64,000 bases of DNA from Squalus acanthias (Eukaryota). The notes under the pieces were generated by a model. That model saw only the letters and a program-made list of their open reading frames with translations. It made no database searches and was not told the DNA's origin. The stretch is from positions 111,974,001-112,038,000 of the forward strand of contig CM059432.1 of the NCBI GenBank assembly GCA_030390025.1, read 5' to 3'. Shown here piece after piece: positions 12,450 through 25,371 of this stretch (positions are counted from its first letter, which is position 1; each line of letters opens with the position of its first letter). Position numbers and translations under genes: made by a program.

Positions 12450-13350
12450 ATGGGGGCTCTAGTTCCAGTCCTCCTCACACTGCAGCATGACGGGGAGATG
12501 GAGCAGAGGCAGCAAAGACAAGCTGCTCACAGAGGGAGGAGGAGGGGCAGGAGGGCTCTCAACAGGAGGTCTTGCCCACCTAGGGTATTCAGGGAGCTCT
12601 TCTCCTACCTGCACCTAAGCGAGGAGCAGTGTATTCGGAGGCTCTGCTTCACCAGGGAGGTGAGTCACAGAACCAGACCTGCAGCCTCAGAGCAGAGCAA
12701 CGATGGCTCTCCAAGTGGCCCTCAAGGTGACCATGGCCCTGAATTTTTTCGCCACCGGATCCTTCCAGGCTGCAGCAAGCGATATAGCTAACAACTCGCA
12801 GTTCGCCGTCCATCGCTGCATCCGGGAGGTCACTGAGGCTCTCTACACCAGGAGAAGGGACTACGTTGTCTTCTTACTGAGCAGAGAGAAGCAGGAGGAG
12901 CGTGCAAGTGGCTTTGTCAGGATATCAGGTTTCCTCATGATGCAGGGCACCATCGACTGCACCCAAGTGGCTTTGCAGGCGCCACAAATCAATGCTGAGA
13001 TGTACCGTAACTGCAAAGCCTACCACTCACTTAATGTGCAGTTGTTGTGCCACCACGCCCAGCACATCAGGATGGTGAATGCCTGCTATCCTGGCAGCAG
13101 TCATGATGCCTTCATCCTGCCAGTCCGGTGTGCCAGCAATTTTCCAGCCACCACGTCAAACCTGAGGGTGGCTGCTCGGTGACAAGGGCTATCCGCTCTG
13201 CACTTGGCTCATGACTCCCCTCCGCAACCCAACCACTCGTGGCCAGCACTCATATAATGCTTCCACCAGGATAATCATCGAGCAGACCATCGGGGTGCTC
13301 AAGCAATGGTTCCGCTGCCTTGACCACTTGGGAGGAGCCCTCCAGCACAA
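12450..13350 (+). pseudogene. Harbinger DDE transposase, frameshifted and truncated
   Basis: [57 protein letters not shown]. Confidence 0.9.
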
Positions 13351-14560
13351 CTCCATGACTGCTCCATGCACTAATGGAATTGCCCATCACTCAAAGCTCT
13401 GCGCAAAGCCCTGTGCAATGTTGGAGCCTGACTCCTCCATGCTCCTTGACATGGACAAGAGCCTCTCTGGCAAGTCTGCCATTGCACCCAGCATTTCCGT
13501 GTGCATGCCCATCACCCTTCTTCTGAAGGCCGCCCCATCTACGTCCTCATCTCTGAGTCTTCTGAAGCAGAACTCGTGTGCGACCTCGCCCTCTGGGGGA
13601 GCTGGCACCTGCGCTACTCTTTCCCCCGGCCTGGCTGCAGCCCGTTCATGCCCGGTGACACCACATGTAGATCCCGCCTCTATACTACCCTCTAAAGTTC
13701 ACACAGTTCCATTTTCTGAGCTGGTGTCTGGGAGTGTCAGATCACTCTATCAGTTTCCTCCTCTACTTCTTGCTGCACAGGCTTGGGTGGTGGCAGTTCT
13801 TGGGTATCTGAAAGGAGAAAGGCACAAGGGTCGGATTGTGATGAGGGGAGGGGGGGAGCAAGATGTGCATGCTTACACCATCAGCACCTTGTAAGTGAGA
13901 AGAGATTGTGGGATGAGGGGCAAGTCGGATGTGAGAAGAAGGATTAGGTATGAGCATACCGTCATCATCAATGCTTTCAGTCTCGCTGAGCACCGCAGCC
14001 TCAATGATGGCCCCTCTAATGATCTCCAGCACAGAGTCCTCCAGCTGAGTCAGGTTGTGCAGCCGTGCTTGCAGCAAACCCTTCCCCCCCGCACCCCGCT
14101 GCCTGTTTGTTCCTGCTCACACCGGTTGTAAGCCACCTTGGCCTGCAAGAGATAGGGAAGTGTGTCAAGAGTGTGGTGCAATGTGTTTGGGTGATGTGCC
14201 TGTCATGGTTGAATAGTTGGCATTCTGTGCAAGGTGTGAGATGTGGGTGTGAGCCTTGCCATAGTGGTAAGTGTGTGAGGGTGAGGTGAAGCTATGATTG
14301 TGAGGTATGAGTGGTGATTGATAGAGATTGTTGGTAGGTGAGTGCTGGGGGTGTGGTGCATTGAGCAGTGTGTGAGGCTAGTGGTGCAGTTGGTGGGAGA
14401 CGGCATTTGACGATGCATCCATTGACCTTGACCACTCGTGTGAGGTCATTAAACTTCTTCCGGCACTGGTCCCATGTCCTGGGGGCAACGCTGTTGGCAC
14501 TGACAGCTTCTGTGCTCTCCTCCCACTGCCTTCGTACAGTGTGTCTGGAAGTCTTGCTCC
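13351..14560 (-). pseudogene. Harbinger Myb/SANT-like gene remnants (exons 1-3)
   Basis: WDQCRKKFNDLTRVVK exon 1 near 14420-14480; exon 2 about 13958-14142; exon 3 [26 protein letters not shown]. Confidence 0.75.
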
Positions 14561-16735
14561 GGCTCAGTTCTGACAGTGCAGTGGCACCATCAGAATTTTG
14601 AGTCCATTATATTTTAATCCCCTTTCTTCAAACAAGACCACTGGGTATTTCTTGTTATAAGAAACATTTGATTCTAACGTGGAGGTTCATGGCGACCCTA
14701 CTTTGATGAACAAAATGTCAATGTTAAATTCCACGTTTTTTTAATATCAGTCAGCAGAGTTACATAAATGGTTGGTTATCCTTACTATGTCTGTCTGTAT
14801 TACTGCCTCTCCATATGTACACATACATTATTAAGGTTGTAATTTTTGTCATAGACACTTTTTAATTAAATTCCTAGTGCAGGCAAGACACAAATTATCA
14901 AATGTCACAGTCTGTCACAGACATAATTTACATGCAGAACTTGCTTGCCCTTATTGTGACTCACCTTCATATTTTCCTGTTAAGTATTCACCCATGTTGA
15001 CCGAATTGGCTTCATTGTGCAGTTACATTTGATAGTTGAAACATGCACTTTCACATGCAAAACCTGATGCACATTTCTCCTCAAATGATGCTTGATTAGT
15101 ATATTAGCACATGTACAGAAGGAATTGCCCTTGCCCCCATGATTTTTGCACTGGAGAGGGAAATGATGAAGAGGGAAATATTTCACAGGATTATACCCTT
15201 AGACATTATGGCCTCGATATTACCCCCCCCCCCCCTCCCCCCCAAGGCAGGTAGGTGAGAGGGTCGGGGGGGCGATTGAAATGTCGAGTTTGCGCAACCC
15301 AATCTCAAACCACCAGATACGCGCCCATCGCCATTTTGACGGGAACGATAATAGGGGCGGCCGAGTGTCCCGCCATGGAGAGGCAGGAGGCTCATTAACA
15401 TATTTGAATCGGTGTCCTGTAATGCAACTGGAACTCCAAATTGAATTTAACTGCTGCAGCACGGATTTCCCAAGGGTAGGGAAAGCCGCTCGTGAAACGG
15501 AGGGGAGATTGTTCGCCATTTTATCGGGCTGGTTAAAGATAAGGAGGCCCGAGGTGAATAAAGGTTTAGTACTCACAGGTTCTTCCTCAGTTTCTTGTGG
15601 TCTACGCTTTGGCGAGAGTACCTGGTGTGAGAGAGTGATTTGGAGAGTTTTGAGTTGTTCAGATAGAGCTTATGATGGCTGGCGCCATGCCTGCTCTCAA
15701 TTGGACTAAGGAAGAGGAGGATAATGAGGATCAACGGAAGCAAGGACGTGATGTGGAGGGAGCTACAGGGTGCCAGCAGAGAAGGGAGCAACAGAGGGGT
15801 CGAGCTCGCAGTAGGCGATACCCACCTAACAGGGTATACAGACAGAGGCTCAGCTTCCTTGACCTGTTGGAGGAGCAGTGCTTCCGCAGGCTGAGATTGT
15901 CACATCAGGTGGTTGCAGACATCTGCAGCCTCGGACAAGCAGACCTGCTCTCTGCTGAACCTGGTGGCAACGCATTACCAGTGGCTGTGAAAGTCACCAC
16001 TGCCCTCAATTTCTTTGCCTCTGGCTCCTTCCAAGGCGCTATCGGAGACATAGTGAGGATCTCGCAGTCGGCTGCACATAAATATATAAGACAGGTGATG
16101 AATGGATTGTTTGTCAGGGCTGGGAGATGTATAAACTTCCCCTGTGATGACAATAGCCAGAATGAGTGGACACTGGGGTTTGCTTCTCTGGCTGGCTTCC
16201 CACAGGTGCATGGTGCCATCGATTGCACACACATGGCAATCTGAGCACCCCTTAACAAACCAGGAGCATTCAGCAACCGCAAGGGATTTCATTCTATCAA
16301 TGTGCAGCTGCTGTGCAACCACAAAAAAGGTTCATGCGGGTCTGCGCCAGGTTTCCTGGGAGCTGGCATGATGCTTTCATACTGCGGCAGTCCAGCATCT
16401 CCAATATTTTCCGACCTGGAACAAACCTGAAAGGGTGGCTGCTTGGGAACAAAGGATATTCCCTCAAACCTGACTGGTGACAAATCTGAGGAACCCCACC
16501 AGTCAACATCAGGAGAGGTACAACACGAGCCATATGACAACAGATGTGTCATCGAGCAGGCCATCTGAAGTTGTGCTTCAGGTGCCTGGACTGGTCTGGA
16601 GCCACCCTTCAGTACTCACTAGCAAGGGTCTCGAGGATAATCGTGGAGTGCTGTGTGCTGCACAACATAGCGCAGCAGCAAGGACTAGAGGTGCAGGAGG
16701 AAGAAACTGTTCAGGGCTCCTCATCTGATGTGGAC

Positions 16736-18080
16736 AACACTAAAAGTTTTTATGAATATATTAAAAGTAAGAGGGTGGCTAAGAGTAATGTGGGCCTTTA
16801 ATGACAGACACAGGTGATATTGTAATTGGAAATCAGGAAATGGCAGACTTACTAAATAGTTGCTTTGTATCAGTCTTCACAGTACAGGACAAGGATAAAG
16901 TACCAGAGATACAAGGAAAACTAAAAATCAAGGGGAGGAACTAATTAAATTCAATATAAGTTTTAAAAAATGGTGATGGAGAAACTATTGAGATTAAAGA
17001 GAGACAAATCTCCAGGTCCTAATGGTTTTCCACCCCAGGGTATTAAAAAAAAAGTGAGGAAATTGTTGATGCGTTAGTCATGATCTTCCAAAACTCTCTC
17101 GATTCAGGAATTGTCCCCTTGGATTGGAAAACTGCCAATGGATAAACCAAGAAATTATAGACCTATTATAGACCAGTCTAACATCTGTTGTGGGGAAGTT
17201 ACTAGAGTCTGATATTAGAATAACAACAACTTGCATTTATATAGCACCTTTAACGTAGGGACAAAGTGACTGAGCAATTGGACAAGTATGAGTTGACCAG
17301 AGAGAGCCAGCATGGGTTTGTAACGGATAAGTCATGTCCAACGAAGCAAGTTGAATTTTTTGAGGAGGTAACTGACGTGGTAGATAAGAGAATGTCTATG
17401 GATGTTGTTTATATGGAATTCCAGAAGGCATTCAATAAAGTTCCACATAAGAGACAGTTAACAAAAATTAGAGTGCCTGGAATTGGAAGCAACCTATTAG
17501 CTTCAATAGCAAATTGGTTAGGAGGTAGGAGACAGAGAGGACGGATATGGGTATTTACTCAAATGTGCATGGTGTGACTAGTGGTGTCCCCCAGGGATCC
17601 ATATTGGTGCCTCAGCTTTTCACTATATTTATAAATGACTTGGATAAAGGAATAGAGACTCATATATCCAAGTTTGCTGATTTGACACTAAGTTAGGTGG
17701 CACCATAAGTAGTGTAGATGGGAGCAGAAAATTGCAATGGGACATTGATAGATTAGGTGAGTGAGCAGATGGAGTTTAATTTGGGAAAGTGTGAGGTCAT
17801 TCACTTTGCACCCAAGAAAGATAGATCAGAGTATTTTCTAAATGGTGAGGAGCTGGGAACTGTGGAGGAGCAGAGAGATTTAGGGGTCCATGTACAGAAA
17901 TACTAAAAGCTAGTGGACTTGTACAAAAATATGGTGAAAAAGGCTAATGACAGGTTGGCGTTTATCTCAAGAGGGCTGGAATACAAAGGGGTGGAAGTTA
18001 TGTTTCAGCTGTAAAGAGCTCCGGTTAGACCCTATCTATAATACTGCATTCAGTTCTGGGCACTCCACCTCAGGAAGTAT
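16736..18080 (+). mobile_element. Degraded 5'-truncated CR1 (its 3' tail is at 20515-20569)
   Basis: KSFYEYIKSKR, ESQHGFV, DVVYMEFQKAF. Resembles the subfamily of 33411-35718, whose TTCCTA(T/C)G tail type reappears at 20515-20569. Confidence 0.85.
17219..17255 (-). mobile_element. 37-bp retroposed 3' tail (SINE/LINE end) inside CR1
   Basis: Reverse complement GTTAAAGGTGCTATATAAATGCAAGTTGTTGTTA resembles the SINE 3' end; flanked by duplicated TAG. Confidence 0.55.
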
Positions 18081-18087
18081 ATATATG

Positions 18088-18888
18088 TGGGGTGGGAAAA
18101 TAGCAGATTTGGGGGTCCCGAACCCATCCCGCCCCCAACCCACCTCCATGCCAGTTTCACAGGAGGCGGGTACCCGACTTGTGCTGGGACCTGCCTCCCC
18201 GAGGCGGGAAGGGGATTAGTGCCAATAAACTGCCTGTTAACAGGTAGTTAACAGGTAGTTTTTTGCCTAATCCCTATTTTTAGCCCTGAAGTGTGGGCTT
18301 CCCGACAGGTACCGAACCACGCCAATTTAGCAAGGCGGACCGTGGGTCTGCAGGGGTTGGAGGGGTCGATATGTCCTGTGGGCAGGTGAGTGATGGGTGC
18401 ATGTATGCAGAGGTAAGTGTGTAAGGTAAGTGTAAAGTGTGGGAAAAAGTTTTACTTACCTTAACTTCCTCCTGCAGGTGTCAGCCCTGCAGGTCTCGGG
18501 AGTCAGAAATCTCACCGGCACAGAAAGCAGAATGGCCGTTGAGCTGTCAAAAGCTGCAGCCTCTGCTTTTTGTTCTGCAGAGATCTCTAAATCAGCCTGA
18601 GAGGAAGGAATTAACTTATAGAACAGATTGTCAGTGTTTGACAGCTTCAAGGAGCTGTTAAACGCTGATATTTCATCTGTCAAAAGCTCTTGACAAATGA
18701 AATGTCAATCTGTGACGTCACCTGTTGCTGGGTGGCCCTTAATTGGCCTGCTGAGCCCGCTGGGTGGGCTCAACAAGGTCAATCAAGGGAAAATCGAGTG
18801 GGTTGGCCACAACTCGATGGAGGCGGGACTACAACCCCAAAAGTGGGAGTCCCGCCTCCTGCTCGCCTCCATTGATAAAATCCAGCCC
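18088..18888 (-). mobile_element. MITE family B copy, one TIR lost
   Basis: Ends ...CCATTGATAAAATCCAGCCC, an inverted match to the start of 3786-4630. Confidence 0.8.
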
Positions 18889-20514
18889 TATGTGTCTGTC
18901 TTCATGGAAGAAAATGCAAAAATCTCCCAGAAATAGTGGAGAACCTAGGGTCTAATGAGAATGAGGAACTGAAAGAAATTAGTATTAGTAAAAAAATAGT
19001 ACTGGAGAAATTAATGGGACTGAAAGCCGATAAATCCCTTGGACCTGATTGTCTACATCCTAGGGTTTTAAAAGAGGTGGCTATAGAGATAGTGAATGCA
19101 TTGGTTGTCATCTTCCAAAATTCCATAGATTCTAGAACTGTTCCCACAGATTGGAAGGTGACAAATGTAACCCCACTATTTAAGAAAGGAGAAAATGGGG
19201 AACTACAGACCAGTTAGCCTGACATCAGTTGTAGGGAAAATGCTAGAATCTATTATTAAGGACGTAGTAACAGGGCACTTAGAAAATTATAATAGGATTG
19301 GGCAGAGTCAACACGGATTTCGGAAAGGGAAATCATGTTTGACAAATCTGTTAGAGTTTTTTGAGGTTGCAACGGGCAGAATAGATAAGGGGGAACCAGT
19401 GGATGTGCTTTATTTGGATTTTCAGAAGACATTCGATAAGGTACCACACAAGAGATTATTTAACAAAATTAGGTCTCATGGGATTGGGGGTAATATACTA
19501 GCATGGATTGAGGATTGGTTGATGGACAGAAAACAGAGAGTGGGAATAAGCGGGTCATTTTCAGGTTGGCAGGCTGTAACTAATGGGGTACTGCAAGGAT
19601 CAGTGCTTGGGCCGAGGAATTCACAATCTATATCAATGATTTGGATGAGGGGACCAAATGTAATATATCCAAGTTTGCTGATGATACAAAGCTAGGTGGG
19701 AATGTAAGTTGTGAGGAGGATGCAAAGAGGCTTCATGGGGATATAGACAGGTTAAGTGAGTGGGCAAGAACATGGCAAATGGAATATAATGTGGAGAAAT
19801 GTGAAGTTATCCACTTTGGTAGGAAAAATAGAAAAGCAGAGTATTTTTTAAATGGTGAGAGATTGGGAAATGTTAGTGTTCAGAGGGACCTTGTACACGA
19901 ATCACTGAAAGTTAACATGCAGGTACAGCAAGCAATTAGGAAAGCAAATGGTATGTTGCCCTTTATTACAAGAGAAGTTGAGTATAAGAGTAAAGACATC
20001 TTACTGCAATTATATAGGGCCCTGGTGAGACCACACCTGGAGTATTGTGCACAATTTTGGTCTCCTTACCTAAGGAAGGATATATTTGCCATAGAGGGAG
20101 TGCAACCAAGGTTCACCAGACTGATACCTGGGATGGGGGGATTGTCCTATGAGGAGAGATTGGATAGACTTACAGGGCTTGACAGGGTAGATGCCTGGCT
20201 GGAGAGTCTAGAACCAGGGGTCACAGTCTCAGAATAAGGGGTCGGCCATTTAGGACTGAGATGAGGAGAAATTTCTTCATTCAGAGGGCGGGGAATCTTT
20301 GGAATTCTCTACCCCAGAGGGCTGTGGAGGCTCAGTCGTTGAATATATTCAAGACAGAGATTGATAGATTTTTGGATATAATAGAATCAAGGGATATGGG
20401 GATAGTGCAGGAAAGTGGAGATGAGGTAGAAGATCAGCCATGTTCTTATTGAATGGCGGAGCAGGCTCGAGGGGCCAAATGGCCTACTCCTGCTCCTATT
20501 TCTTATGTTCTTAT
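18889..20514 (+). mobile_element. CR1 LINE fragment (RT and 3' UTR)
   Basis: NYRPVSLTSVVGK, QHGFRKGKSCLTNL, KFADDTK; tail TTCTTATGTTCTTAT. Confidence 0.95.
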
Positions 20515-20768
20515 GAATGGTGGAACAGGCTCGAGGGACTGAAGGGCCTATTCCTGTTCCTATGTTCCTAATGGTGAGGAGGAAGATGGTGCGCCCAACG
20601 CAAGTCCAGCCAATCATATTGCTGCTCGAGATGCCTGGAATGCCTCGATAGATCACGGTTCTGTTAATCACACTGGACTAATGTGATGATACCAGCCCCC
20701 CTCGCACAAGCTTTCCTGTAACTATTCATCCATTGGTTCCACATCCACCAATTGGTGTCAGTCACTAA

Positions 20769-22521
20769 GGCCGGATATTTGCCGGTGCTCAGCGGATGGG
20801 ATTGATGGCGGGTCGGCAGTTAAATGTGAATTGATTGACAGCGGGTCAGAAACCTGCTGTCCAGTCGCGCACACTTGCCTTTCCCGATGTCGGGTCTGCC
20901 AGCGCTGAGCAGATCCGACAAGCAGCAGCGAGGGAAGCCGATTTAAATGATTAGTGGCTTGTTTATAACCAATTATCATAGTTTTAAACTGACCTTTTGA
21001 ATTTGACAGCTCACCCACTGGTTTCACGCTGTTGCTAGACCACGTCTGTGAAACTGAGGCGGGAGGTCAGTGGCCATTGAATCAGCTGTTGATTTGACAG
21101 CTTCAAATGTCAAGTAAAAGCTCCCACCCTACAGAGATATCTACCCTCTGCCACAAGCTCTTCCTCACTGCATTTCCACAACAGATTCACCATGCTGCAA
21201 GTCTTTACACAAATCTCTATCCAGTCTGACCTCATTACCTCTCTCACCATTGACAGATCGCTTCTGTCATCTATACTTCACCTGCCATCTATTCCATCAG
21301 CATGGGTGCCCTTTATATTCTCTCATCTTGGTCCTCAGAATCCCACCACAATCAGCCCCAACACCAGCAGCACCAGGCACAACAGCAGCACCAACAACAA
21401 CACCAACCTTCTCCGCAATCAGCTGATGCTGCACAGGACAGAGGGCATCAGCACCCGACCACATTGCTGTGCAGGAGGCCAGGGATGACCTCACCACAGC
21501 CAGATTTACTTCACTTGACGCTGTACACCCTGGCTGCCACATGATGCGCCAAGTTGGCACCACCCCACACCAACACCATGAAGCATCCCTGTAATGCTCA
21601 AGCCATTCCTTTCACACTCATCGCCATTGCCTGGTTGCACATTCACTGCAACTCACTAAGCCACTTCCAAACGTGCACACACATCTGTCCAAGAATGCAA
21701 AGTGTTGAAAATAAAGGTTTCAATGTTTGACACCACATTAACAGAAACTTTACATGGACATTGCATAAAACACTCAAGTGCCTACTCTTGTGTGCTATTA
21801 GTTGGTATGATTACACTAGCATGAGGGTGATTGTGAGGGGTGGCTAGTGAGATGGGGATGTGATAACATAGATAGAGAGGGATGGGTGGAGGTGCAAGGT
21901 AAGTTGGTGTGAGTAAGGATGTGCAGGGGTAGGGTTGGGAAGGCAGAGTGATGGGGATGTGATGAGAGGCACAGCAGGATGAGGTTGAGTGTGACTTTGT
22001 ACTAACGTTTCGTGATCTACTGAGATCATTGAAACGTTTGCGGCACTGCACTCAGGTCCTCCTGACGACATCCCTGCTTGTGCCCTCCTCTGCAATGTGC
22101 AACCAGGCAGTGTTGATCTCCTGGGGAGGTCTCTTCCGTCCATGGGAAGGGAAGAAGACCTCCCTGCAAGCTGTGACTCCCTAAGCATATGGAGGGAGTC
22201 ATAGGAGAGCCTGGGTGCAGCCCTGTGCCTTTGTGCAGTCACTGTCAGTGTTTGCAGCACCTCAATGCTGTAGAACACTGACAGCACAAATGTCAAAATA
22301 AAGTTAGCCATGGTCCCTTTAAGGAAACCGGCTGATGACGCATCATCAAATGATGTCACTAGACCCGCTTCCTTTAATTGGCCGGGAAACGCGCTGGGCA
22401 GGCTTAAGAAGCCCAATCAGGGGAAATTCATTTCACAGAGCGGCTGGAGCCAGCAGTGTGGTCAGGACCCGCCACCAACATCACCCTCCCTGGACCCGCC
22501 GAGGTCAGCAAAATCGCAGCC
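20769..22521. mobile_element. Non-autonomous Harbinger deletion derivative nested in H2
   Basis: Imperfect TIRs GGCCGGATATTTGC / GCAAAATCGCAGCC, TSD TAA (20766-68, 22522-24). Retains a Gln-rich transposase-like N-terminus (+, 21302) and Myb exon 1 (-, APRLSYDSL...QCRKRFNDL). Confidence 0.75.
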
Positions 22522-22689
22522 TAAATCTCTCCACCTTCAGCACAAAAGAAATGATAAGCAGATTGGGCACTCGTCATTCAATAATTGGGCACACAGGAAT
22601 GTGGTGAAAATGTAAATATTTAATGTGCTCTAATAAATTAATAATCATAACATATATAAAAATACACCCATGTGCTTACCCTTGGTGAA

Positions 22690-24575
22690 CTTTCTCTCCT
22701 ATTTCTGCCAACTCTATGTGGTGCTACCCCTATGGCATAAGCAGAGGTAGTGGCAGGTTACTCTGTTCCTTGATTGGTGTTAGGAGGTGTTTGCAGCCAA
22801 TGACCTCTGGTTGATGGAGCCTGTGAGAGCCCCGCCGGCTAGAGCCCCACCAATGACTGCTCCACCTGCACTTGTGCAGGGGCAAACTCGGCCAGTAGGA
22901 GAAGAGGCAGCATGTCGGGTATTGATTGAGGGGGGCAGGCAACAGGTGAGCACTTTCCTCTCCCTTATCACCATCCTCCCTCCCCTGGGCCAGTGGCTCC
23001 TGCCTCTCTGCAGGAGAGCAGCTTGGAGGAGGTCAGTGATGCCTTGTAAGCACATGGACAATCTATCTGTCAGCATCTAGAAGCCGTTAGAGATATTGGC
23101 GGCCACAATATGCCAGGCCACTGTCTGGGCCTACAGGGACTCATTTGTGTGCCCGAATACAACTTCCATAGGAGGCGGCCGAATGCTCAATGGAAGATTG
23201 AGTGGTTGAAAAGGCCTGCGCTTTCACTCCATGAATGTTTGAGCTGGACTCCTCCATCCTCTGTGCCATTGTGGAGACTGTGCCTGGGAGGACAGCCAGT
23301 ACCTTGCACAGTTGCTGTGACCCTCTATCATTCTCCTTTTCATTAATGGCCCCCCCAGGTTCAGCATCTCTGTTCAGCTGAGCAGAGCATGGAGAGGATT
23401 GCGCCCTTCGACACGGACTCTCCACAGCTGTCCCAACACCACTATCTGCTCGTGCTGACTTGTGCCGTGCCAATCACCAAGTGACATCCCATCTAACTGT
23501 CTTGCAGGCTCTACTGATATGCTTATATCTGTGCTAGTGCCTGCCACACATGTGTCCCCTGTGACATTGCACCCTCAGCAGGAATGAGCTCCTCTGAGGA
23601 GACCTCGTCCTCTCAGGGCAGAGGTTTGTGATCTTCGTGTGTTGGACCTGAAGGAGAGAAGACAAGGATAAGATTTACTCATGGAAAATTACAAATGTTG
23701 AAATGCACATGATTATATTTGATACTGCGCTGAAGTCAACTGAAGACCACTTTGTCTTGTAGGAGATGTGGGTCTGAGAGATTAATGCTGTCACTCAGCT
23801 CCAATGGGCAACCAATATCGCCATCTCCAAAGATGATGTACGCAGAGATGCCGCTTATTTCTAGAGTCACCTCCTCCGCTGAGTAAAGTTCAATGATTTG
23901 GGGTGTCCACCTCCAGTCCTTCCCCTCTCCCTGGCATTCTGTGCTCTTTTCTCCTGCAAACGTGGCACGACAGACCGATGAGTGGCTCTAAGGCATGTGT
24001 GTGTTTGATGGATGCAGTGCATTCGGTGAGGGTGACAACCAGGCACATGCATCATGAGAGTGGCACTTGAGGAACATGTTGACAGTGCCATTTGAGGACA
24101 TGTGCTGAGAATTGGGGCGCTGAATGACATGGCATCAGATTACATGAGGATTGGGATGAGTGGCAGTGGTGGAGGGGGGAAGCTGGAGATGAGGATGCGA
24201 GGGGAGTGAGGATTAGTGGATATGCGTATGATAGGTGCTGATGAAAATGAAGTGGATGTGCGGAGTGCAGTGCATGGAGTACAGTTGACCAGACAGAGTG
24301 AGAGAGGGTGCACTGCAGGATGTAGGTGCATCTTTACATTTGCTGACCTTTCCGGACATGGTCAAGTCATTGAAGTGTTTGCAGCATTGGATCCACAACC
24401 TGCTGCTACTGACCTCCTGTCCCACCTGCTGCCATGCCTTCTTTGTGGTGGCAGCAGGTTTTTTCTTTCTGCTGCTGGGAAAGAGGACCTCCCTCTTGGC
24501 CCTTACTGCACCCAGTAGAACATCCAGTTAAGCATCTGTAAATCTAGGGGCAGCCTTCACTCTCCTTGAAGCCAT
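22690..24575 (-). pseudogene. H2 Myb/SANT-like gene (3 exons, degraded)
   Basis: Exon 1 AAPRFTDA...WQQVGQEVSS...WIQCCKHFNDL; exon 2 EKRAQNARERGRTGGG; exon 3 STMAQRMEESS. Confidence 0.8.
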
Positions 24576-25371
24576 CTGTATATTCTCTTTATATTGTGCA
24601 ATCTTTGACCTCCAAACATCCTCCTCCATTTCATCTCTGAATTGGGCCTTTAAATAGTCGAGGGGAAATCGCGTTATGCGGGTCCGTGTCACATCCGCTT
24701 ACGCGCAAGTGGAGTCGTGGAACCCGGAGTAAAATGATAATGATCCATGGCCGTTGACATTTGCCATCCCTACTCGTCCCACGATGTTGCGCATTCGTCG
24801 CCTGCTATTGACCCGCCCCCACCCCCCCCCCAGATCGTTCCCACCTCCAGGTTAATATTGGGCCTATTTGTTTCTTATTATTATTGCTCATTGAAGAAAA
24901 CAATAAACACAAAAGAATTATTTTTGTAACACTATCTCTTCCGACACGCTGAGAGGGAAAAATTCGGTTGCTTTGCACCTCCCGTTAGCGCCCTAAGAGG
25001 AACTAGCGCCTGGGCGCGGCGATGTTTGCGCCGCTCACGAAATTGACCAGAGTTTTTGCGGCGGCATTAAACTCCACCGCCATGATCTCCTGCGCCCGCA
25101 GATCATGACGTCAGTCGAGCATGTAACGCCCCGGTGGAACCCCAGACCGGATATTGAGTGGCGCCCCCTTCCTTTCCGCCTGCCGCAAGCAACGACAGGG
25201 AGAGTGGAACGTTTTGCAGTCGGTGTGGGGCTGGGGGAGCGCTATTTAAAGGCGCCCTCTTCCTGCCTTTTTTTGTGGGAGACATTTTTGCACCACTCAT
25301 TCTGACAGAGAGAGAGATTCTGAGAGAGATAGAGAGACTTCTGCAGAGAGTCAACGCTGTGTGAAGTAGTT

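Larger units (their letters stand above)
12097..14605. mobile_element. Internally deleted Harbinger (H1), same family as H4
   Basis: Transposase (+) is fused at about 13350 to antisense Myb exon 3. Myb exons lie on the minus strand up to about 14560. Candidate right end GAATTTTGAGTCC; left TIR not found. Confidence 0.8.
15672..20668 (+). pseudogene. H2 transposase, split by CR1 insertions (15672-16735 joined to 20570-20668)
   Basis: GAIDCTH, WHDAFIL, LLGNKGY, CCVLHNIA. The rejoined C-terminus reads SSSDVD|NGEEEDGAPN...HIAARDA, matching H3 TSDEEEDGEEEDGGPN...HLAARNA. Confidence 0.85.
15210..24864. mobile_element. Full-length Harbinger H2 with nested insertions
   Basis: TIRs GGCCTCGATATTA / TAATATTGGGCC with TSD TAT (15207-09, 24865-67); transposase (+) and Myb gene (-). 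Confidence 0.85.

Noticed and set aside
13211..13894. 227-aa ORF as a novel fusion protein
   Set aside because: It is a deletion junction: a transposase fragment reading into the antisense strand of Myb exon 3.
21302..21544. Poly-Gln ORF as a host transcription factor
   Set aside because: It sits inside a TIR/TSD-bounded Harbinger derivative at the position of the low-complexity transposase N-terminus.
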